In this document: positions 25,312 to 27,468 of the stretch, piece after piece | Layout: every line of letters starts with the position of its first letter | How positions within the stretch are numbered: position 1 is the first letter of the stretch | NCBI GenBank assembly: GCA_937921685.1 | Contig: CAKZUF010000019.1 | Location: forward strand, 1-27,468 | Source of the DNA: an uncultured archaeon | GTDB taxonomy: Archaea; Thermoproteota; Nitrososphaeria_A; Caldarchaeales; Calditenuaceae | Length of the DNA: 27,468 nucleotides | Direction: 5' to 3' | Notes under the pieces: model-generated | What the model saw: the letters and a program-made list of their open reading frames with translations, nothing else | Databases searched by the model: none | What the model was told of the DNA's origin: nothing | Program-made: the position numbers and the translations under genes

Positions 25312-26294
25312 CTGAACCTAACTCCGCCGATGAGATACGTTATCAGGGCTAGCATAGAGGAGTAGACGCTCAGCAGTGCCAATCTCTTCGAAACCGACGC
25401 CTCTCCCATGGGGTTCTGCAACGTTATGAGCCTCACAAGCGTAATAGGATCGCTTGGCCTCGGACTAGACACTATCATCCCTCTCACGACACGGATAGGT
25501 CTGGCTGCGAAGGCCTTCCCGGACTTTAGCCCACCCATCGATACGATTATGAAAAACTCGTTAAGAATGTGGGGAAGCAGCGCGACAAGTGTAATGACTT
25601 CTATTCGCGCTGTGATGGCGACTGTAGTGATTACCGCGGCTACTAGGTTGCTTCCAATGTTCCCGCTAAAGACTCGTGCGGGATACCAGTTATATTTTAA
25701 GAAGCCCAGGAGGGAGGCGCCGAGAGCCAGCGACGCGAGGGCTGGGGCCTCCTCGCCCACAAGCCAAGAGACGGCGGAGAGGAGGAGAAGAACTGGGAGG
25801 GTTGAGAGGACCAGCGACCCGTTAAGCACGTCCACGCTGTTTATAGCATTGGCAACGACCGTATAGGCTGCCAGCACTAGGAGAGGGTAGAGGAGGGTAA
25901 TTCTTATGCCCCCAACCAGCGGGATGACTGGGTAGGGGTTATAGGCTGAGAGAAGCAGGACAGGGATGCCTGGGAGGAGTAGGAGGAGGGGCTTGATCAC
26001 TGGGTGAAGCTCCCTCAAATCCTCTAGAAGTCCAATAGCTGCGGCAATTAGGGGCGAGATGACGAGGACAAGTTCTACAGCCCCTCCACCCATCAGCCAA
26101 TTTAGAAGCATGGCTGCTGAGTAGCTTGCCGTAAAGGCTAGGCCGCCGATCTTGGGGAGACGCGGCCTATCAGGCTTATGCACGTCAACACCCATCAGCC
26201 TCGCTGAGCGCACATGCTTAGCAATGACCCAGCTCAACGCCAATGAGACTAGAAAGGATAAAGGGATCAGCAATGCGTACCCAGTCACAGACAT
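25308..26294 (-). CDS. Glycosyltransferase family 4 polyprenyl-phosphate HexNAc-1-phosphate transferase (MraY/WecA/AglH-like)
   Basis: 328 aa with about 10 TM segments. The motifs DVHKPDRPRLPKIGG, NAINSVDVLNG and VFSGNIGSN are collinear with the MraY/WecA/GPT family. Confidence 0.82.
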   Translation of the reverse strand: MSVTGYALLIPLSFLVSLALSWVIAKHVRSARLMGVDVHKPDRPRLPKIGGLAFTASYSAAMLLNWLMGGGAVELVLVISPLIAAAIGLLEDLRELHPVIKPLLLLLPGIPVLLLSAYNPYPVIPLVGGIRITLLYPLLVLAAYTVVANAINSVDVLNGSLVLSTLPVLLLLSAVSWLVGEEAPALASLALGASLLGFLKYNWYPARVFSGNIGSNLVAAVITTVAITARIEVITLVALLPHILNEFFIIVSMGGLKSGKAFAARPIRVVRGMIVSSPRPSDPITLVRLITLQNPMGEASVSKRLALLSVYSSMLALITYLIGGVRFR

Positions 26295-26319
26295 GCCGCG
26301 TGTAGTGATGGTGGCTAAC

Positions 26320-26326
26320 TATATAA
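26320..26326 (-). promoter_or_regulatory. TATA box (TTATATA on minus strand) for the GT4-led operon
   Basis: The centre lies about 29 nt upstream of the ATG at 26294, so the transcript would be leaderless. Confidence 0.45.
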
Positions 26327-26395
26327 CCAGTATCTGATTAGCCTATCCTTGCCATGGATGTTGTGGTTTTGGTTTCGGGTCGCTTCCAGCGTAGT

Positions 26396-26401
26396 AAAAA
26401 A
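26396..26401 (-). terminator. Oligo-T (T6 on minus strand) candidate archaeal terminator
   Basis: An A6 run on the plus strand, preceded on the minus strand by the local hairpin UAAGGU/ACCUUA (26412-26430). It lies upstream of the GT4 operon promoter. Confidence 0.35.
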
Positions 26402-26545
26402 GCCTAGAGGTTAAGGTCCTAGATACCTTAGGAGAAAACGGCTGTATTCACCGCAAGCTAAGCGCCAGAAACCATGTTAAGGAGATAAGGACAGGGGGTG
26501 AATAACCATGCTTACTTATCGGGACACTACCTTTCCAACATGGCA
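26402..26545 (-). ncRNA. Candidate structured small RNA (unknown class) between a palindromic TATA and a T6 tract
   Basis: No ORF. Inverted repeats: 26537-26543/26472-26478 (7 bp), 26515-26520/26484-26489 (6 bp), 26497-26504/26445-26452 (8 bp) and 26412-26417/26425-26430 (6 bp). A TATA at 26550-26557 lies about 25 nt upstream on the minus strand. The strand and ends are inferred only. Confidence 0.3.
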
Positions 26546-26549
26546 AAAA

Positions 26550-26557
26550 TTATAAAA
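26550..26557. promoter_or_regulatory. Near-palindromic TATA box (TTATAAAA) inside three phased A5 tracts; possible bidirectional promoter and/or minus-strand T5x3 terminator
   Basis: The sequence is GGCAAAAATTATAAAAAGGATAAAAATGGGG. A5 runs start at 26545, 26554 and 26563. The TATA centre is about 27 nt from G26580 on the plus strand and about 26 nt from about 26528 on the minus strand. Confidence 0.4.
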
Positions 26558-26579
26558 AGGATAAAAATGGGGATGGTTA

Positions 26580-26724
26580 GCCGGGCGGCATAACAACCCC
26601 ACTAGAGAACCCAGAGGCCCAGGCAGCAGTAATCCTGTAAAGGCTGACGAGAGCCCTCTCGCCAGCAATTACTGGTTATAGGCTGCCGGGCCCTGGGTTT
26701 TTCTCCGGGGTTATTGGGCCCGGC
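26580..26724. repeat. 145-nt imperfect palindrome folding into a long rod-like hairpin (about 51 bp); candidate ncRNA, MITE-like or IS-associated element
   Basis: Paired blocks, checked by hand: 26580-86/26718-24, 26590-94/26710-14, 26597-99/26707-09, 26605-09/26701-05, 26610-14/26693-97, 26616-20/26688-92, 26622-27/26682-87, 26628-33/26668-73, 26643-46/26663-66 and 26648-52/26657-61. The apical loop is GCCC. Confidence 0.7.
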
Positions 26725-26820
26725 CTGCTGCTTGGCTCCGGGCTCTCGCCAGCTGTCGAATGAGCTTTAACAGAGTTATCTGCATCTTCAGCAATACCTT
26801 CTTCTTACCTCTCTGTTCTC

Positions 26821-27468
26821 TTATATTTTGCACCAGACTCTTCCTTCCATATGTATTCCATATTTTTGGTGGTTCATCTCAACAGCTATTATATGCTCTG
26901 CAATGCTTTGAAGACATATCCTTGCGTCGTGACTATACCTCTTCGGCTTCGTAACGTATATGCGACCGGTTCTAGTGACCCTCGGGATACTGTAATGCCC
27001 TGTGTATCTGCGTAGCCTCTCGAACCCCCTGTCTATGTCAAGCAGTGTTAGAAGTTCTGCTACATTTATCGACCTCTCCATCCCTATGAATCCTATAACG
27101 TCTTTGTACAGCGGTAAAGAAGCTACCGCTATCCTGTGAGCCTCTTCCTCGACCCTCTCCATCTCACGTCTACAGCCAGCGATGTATTCCTTAGAGCCGT
27201 CCACCGGAACCTCATCGTCCCACTGCCTGATTTTTAACACCCTCTTCCTGAGCCTATGATGCTTAATCACTAGCTCTCTCAGTCTCAGAAAGTCCGAGGT
27301 GACTTCTCTGAAACTCGAATGCGGTATCAGGGACAGTAATCTGGCATCATTTTCATCACTCTTCACCACCTTGTTTGCGTCTCTAAAGACCCTTAACAGT
27401 CTCAAATCTCGTAAATAGAAGACCTTGACACCATGCTCAGTCAATGTCCTCAGCTCCGGGATTATCCT
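26821..27468 (-). CDS. IS110-family (DEDD-type) transposase/recombinase, partial; the N-terminus runs off the window end
   Basis: The reading frame stays open to the window edge (RIIPELRTLTEHGVKVFYL...). KSDENDARLLS matches the K-x-D-x-x-DA block of the DEDD_Tnp_IS110 domain. The C-terminal LYKDVIGFIGMERSINVAELLTLL...RRYTGH...TRTGR...HDARICL is collinear with the Transposase_20 domain, though divergent. Confidence 0.7.
   Translation of the reverse strand, partial: RIIPELRTLTEHGVKVFYLRDLRLLRVFRDANKVVKSDENDARLLSLIPHSSFREVTSDFLRLRELVIKHHRLRKRVLKIRQWDDEVPVDGSKEYIAGCRREMERVEEEAHRIAVASLPLYKDVIGFIGMERSINVAELLTLLDIDRGFERLRRYTGHYSIPRVTRTGRIYVTKPKRYSHDARICLQSIAEHIIAVEMNHQKYGIHMEGRVWCKI
26821..27468 (-). 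mobile_element. Partial IS110-family insertion sequence; boundaries not determinable (this family lacks classical terminal inverted repeats)
   Basis: Presence of the recombinase gene. The element may extend leftwards into the structured non-coding interval 26341-26820. Confidence 0.45.

Noticed and set aside
26302-26337. C/D box sRNA-like string: GUGAUGG ... CUGA.
   Set aside because: Only about 33 nt separate the box-like motifs, there are no C'/D' boxes, and the segment overlaps the GT4 operon TATA box and start region.
26445-26504. H/ACA guide RNA: the 8-bp stem 26497-26504/26445-26452 is followed on the minus strand by ACA, then GCC and a U4 run.
   Set aside because: I could not find an upper stem or K-turn within the 43-nt interior, and the U-run has only 4 residues.
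26580-26724. SRP (7S) RNA or RNase P RNA interpretation of the long hairpin and neighbouring structured region. The hairpin starts GCCGGGCG, contains AGGCCCAGGCAGCAG, and lies near GAGGUUAAGGUCC and GAGAAAACGGCUGUA.
   Set aside because: There is no helix-8-type GNAR tetraloop hairpin with an AGCA loop and no helix 6/8 branching, and 145 nt is too short for an archaeal SRP RNA. The CR-I-like and CR-V-like strings at 26405-26445 are only about 25 nt apart and cannot form a P4 helix.
1-27468. Scan for CRISPR arrays, rRNA genes, tandem repeat arrays and toxin-antitoxin-like small gene pairs.
   Set aside because: I saw no regularly spaced direct repeats, rRNA-like segments or convincing TA pairs by eye. 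The only repeat structures seen are those reported near 26.4-26.8 kb.

Overview
This is a densely packed archaeal chromosomal segment. Supporting evidence: TBP, aIF2-beta, archaeal-type uL3/uL4/uL23/uL2, a DRG-like GTPase and a HerA/NurA pair. AT-rich TATA boxes sit about 27 nt upstream of mostly leaderless starts, many starts are TTG or GTG, and many stop/start codons overlap by 4 nt. The gene content and style fit a thermophilic Thermoproteota (Crenarchaeota)-like genome, but the taxon cannot be verified from here. I support about 33 protein genes. They include a split nuoJ plus nuoK, a MoaD-like Ubl, a GalT/HIT-like transferase, argS, a HAD phosphatase, and a GlpA-like G3P dehydrogenase with a CoxG-like partner. 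There is also an RsmF/NOL1-type RNA m5C methyltransferase whose PUA-like C-terminal module is a separate ORF behind an in-frame TGA. The remaining genes are an Ogg2-type glycosylase, herA/nurA, two small winged-helix proteins, tbp, aIF2-beta, an HsdR_N-like nuclease-fold protein, ahcY, an rpl3-rpl4-rpl23-rpl2 block, a GlpC/HdrD-like Fe-S protein, mtnA, and a four-gene glycosylation-type operon. I saw no rRNA, tRNA or CRISPR array. Most of the window is housekeeping. The least explained part is the right end (26.3-27.5 kb). It holds a roughly 480-bp gene-free but highly structured interval. That interval contains a 145-nt rod-like hairpin, a second candidate small RNA, a palindromic TATA box inside phased A-tracts, and an 11-nt direct repeat. 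It lies directly 3' of a truncated-by-window IS110-family (DEDD) recombinase gene, so a bridge/seek-RNA-like element, a MITE or palindromic target, or independent ncRNA genes are all candidates. All functional calls rest on motif recognition by eye, and no database search was possible.
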